From a virus (Duplodnaviria > Caudoviricetes): a stretch of 44,171 bases of DNA. Location: IMG/VR virus record IMGVR_UViG_3300027819_000002, positions 1 to 44,171 of that record. One strand, 5' to 3'. Each line of letters opens with the position of its first letter. Positions within the stretch are counted from its first letter, which is position 1. The notes beneath the pieces were generated by a model. The model saw nothing but the letters and a program-made list of their open reading frames with translations. It ran no database searches and was not told where the DNA came from. This document shows positions 43,132-44,171 of the stretch, piece after piece. The position numbers and the translations under genes are program-made.

Positions 43132-43631
43132 GCGTTTTTAGTTTGAATCCGCCAAATCGTCGCTTGGTGAACCCCAAATATTTTGGCGGTTTGACTTTGG
43201 GTAAGAATATCACGCAGTCTGCGAATTATGCGAACCTGAACCCTATTAAGTTTTGCCCCTGATTGTTTCTCGCCACGACCATCCGTTCCGTCTCTTATTC
43301 TATCAAGTTGGTTTTGCGATGAAGTTGCATAGTAAAGATTTTTTACGGAATTGTCGGAGACACCGTTCTTGCCATGACAAGCCAGCATGCCCTTTGGACG
43401 CGGACCTTTAAATGTGGCAAGGACGAGGTGGTGAACGGAATAACGACATACCCTCCCGCCTATGGTAAGCCCAACCCGTCTATATCCTCCCTTGGTTATT
43501 TCGGGGTTGAATATTCTCATTCTGTTTGTTTTTTTCCCGTATTGAACGGCGGCTCCGCGTGCTTTTTGAGAGTAAATGTTGCCGTCCCGGTCAACGAAAT
43601 AATCTAAGATTCCCGGAATCCCCCTAATCAT
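43116..43631 (-). CDS. Free-standing HNH endonuclease (paralog of 8988-9473)
   Basis: IPGILDYFVDRDGNIYS, VHHLVLATFKGPRPKGM.ACHGKNG..DNS..NL; same GGAGAAAAACC RBS. Confidence 0.9.
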   Translation of the reverse strand: MIRGIPGILDYFVDRDGNIYSQKARGAAVQYGKKTNRMRIFNPEITKGGYRRVGLTIGGRVCRYSVHHLVLATFKGPRPKGMLACHGKNGVSDNSVKNLYYATSSQNQLDRIRDGTDGRGEKQSGAKLNRVQVRIIRRLRDILTQSQTAKIFGVHQATIWRIQTKNAWEWL

Positions 43632-43732
43632 GGTTTTTCTCCTCGGTGCGGCGTTTATTGCTTTTGCGGTTCGTGGCGTTGGCGTTGTGGGTGGCTTATT
43701 CAATGCGCTTTATCTTCAAATGGAAAACAAGC

Positions 43733-43760
43733 CTTCATCCCTGTTCTCCTGTGGGGGGGG
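43733..43760 (-). repeat. 28-bp linker repeat, copy 2
   Basis: Identical to 44140-44167. Confidence 0.85.
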
Positions 43761-44145
43761 TGAGAGAGGCGATGAGTTTTCTTAATTGGTTCACTGCGTT
43801 TTGTGTGTTGTATTGCTCCTCTTCGAGTCGGGAAGCCTCCGATTTGGCAAGCCCTATGTTTTTTGTCAACTCTAAAATGGTTTCTCGACATTCTTCAAGC
43901 TTGATTTCGTGCTCCCCTTCAAGTCGGGATATGGTGGATCGAAGTTCTTTGATTGTCTGTTTGTTAGCCTTTCTATTGCCCCGATATTCCTTGTTGATTT
44001 TTACTGCATCGTCAAAGTTCTCCTGAAGGTTCTTGTTTTGGGTTTCCTTCTGCTGGAGAAGGGTTTCAAGTCGGGATACTTTTTGCCAAGTTGCTTCTGC
44101 TTTCTCTTTGGGGGTCACGGAGTTCTCCTTATGTGTGTTCTTCAT
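43735..44145 (-). CDS. Coiled-coil hypothetical protein
   Basis: Heptad-rich; flanked by the 28-bp repeats; alternative GTG start at 44118. Confidence 0.65.
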   Translation of the reverse strand: MKNTHKENSVTPKEKAEATWQKVSRLETLLQQKETQNKNLQENFDDAVKINKEYRGNRKANKQTIKELRSTISRLEGEHEIKLEECRETILELTKNIGLAKSEASRLEEEQYNTQNAVNQLRKLIASLTPPTGEQG

Positions 44146-44171
44146 CCCTGTTCTCCTGTGGGGGGGGAAAA
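44045..44171. repeat. Terminal direct repeat, copy 2
   Basis: Identical to 1-127. Confidence 0.95.

Noticed and set aside
1-44171. Stop-codon reassignment
   Set aside because: Core genes are intact under code 11 and end in TAA, TGA and TAG

Overview
This window is an apparently complete dsDNA tailed-phage genome of about 44,044 bp: bases 1-127 recur exactly at 44045-44171, which indicates a circular assembly. The structural genes are podovirus-like and lie on the - strand: TerS, four fibre/decoration-like genes, TerL, P22-like portal, scaffold, major capsid, four paralogous tail-adaptor/ring proteins, a beta-rich tail nozzle, ejection proteins and a tail fibre. Lysis genes are dispersed (holin-like genes at 8.2-8.9 kb, M15 endolysin at 40.6 kb, u-spanin-like lipoprotein at 1 kb). 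Accessory genes include an RNA ligase, a calcineurin-like phosphoesterase, a GT4 glycosyltransferase, a pentapeptide-repeat protein, a NinG-like nuclease and four free-standing HNH endonucleases. I could not recognise an integrase, polymerase or helicase. The most notable observations are: (1) virion-operon proteins with Sec signal peptides followed by Gln at +1, suggesting exported virion parts and an FCB-group host; (2) HNH genes flanked by recoded duplicates of their target-gene ends; (3) several closed-stem structured RNA candidates near the RNA ligase, plus a pseudoknotted anti-SD terminator RNA in the early region; (4) a stack of four ring proteins, one fused to a carbohydrate-binding-like module. 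All family assignments come from motif reading, not database searches.
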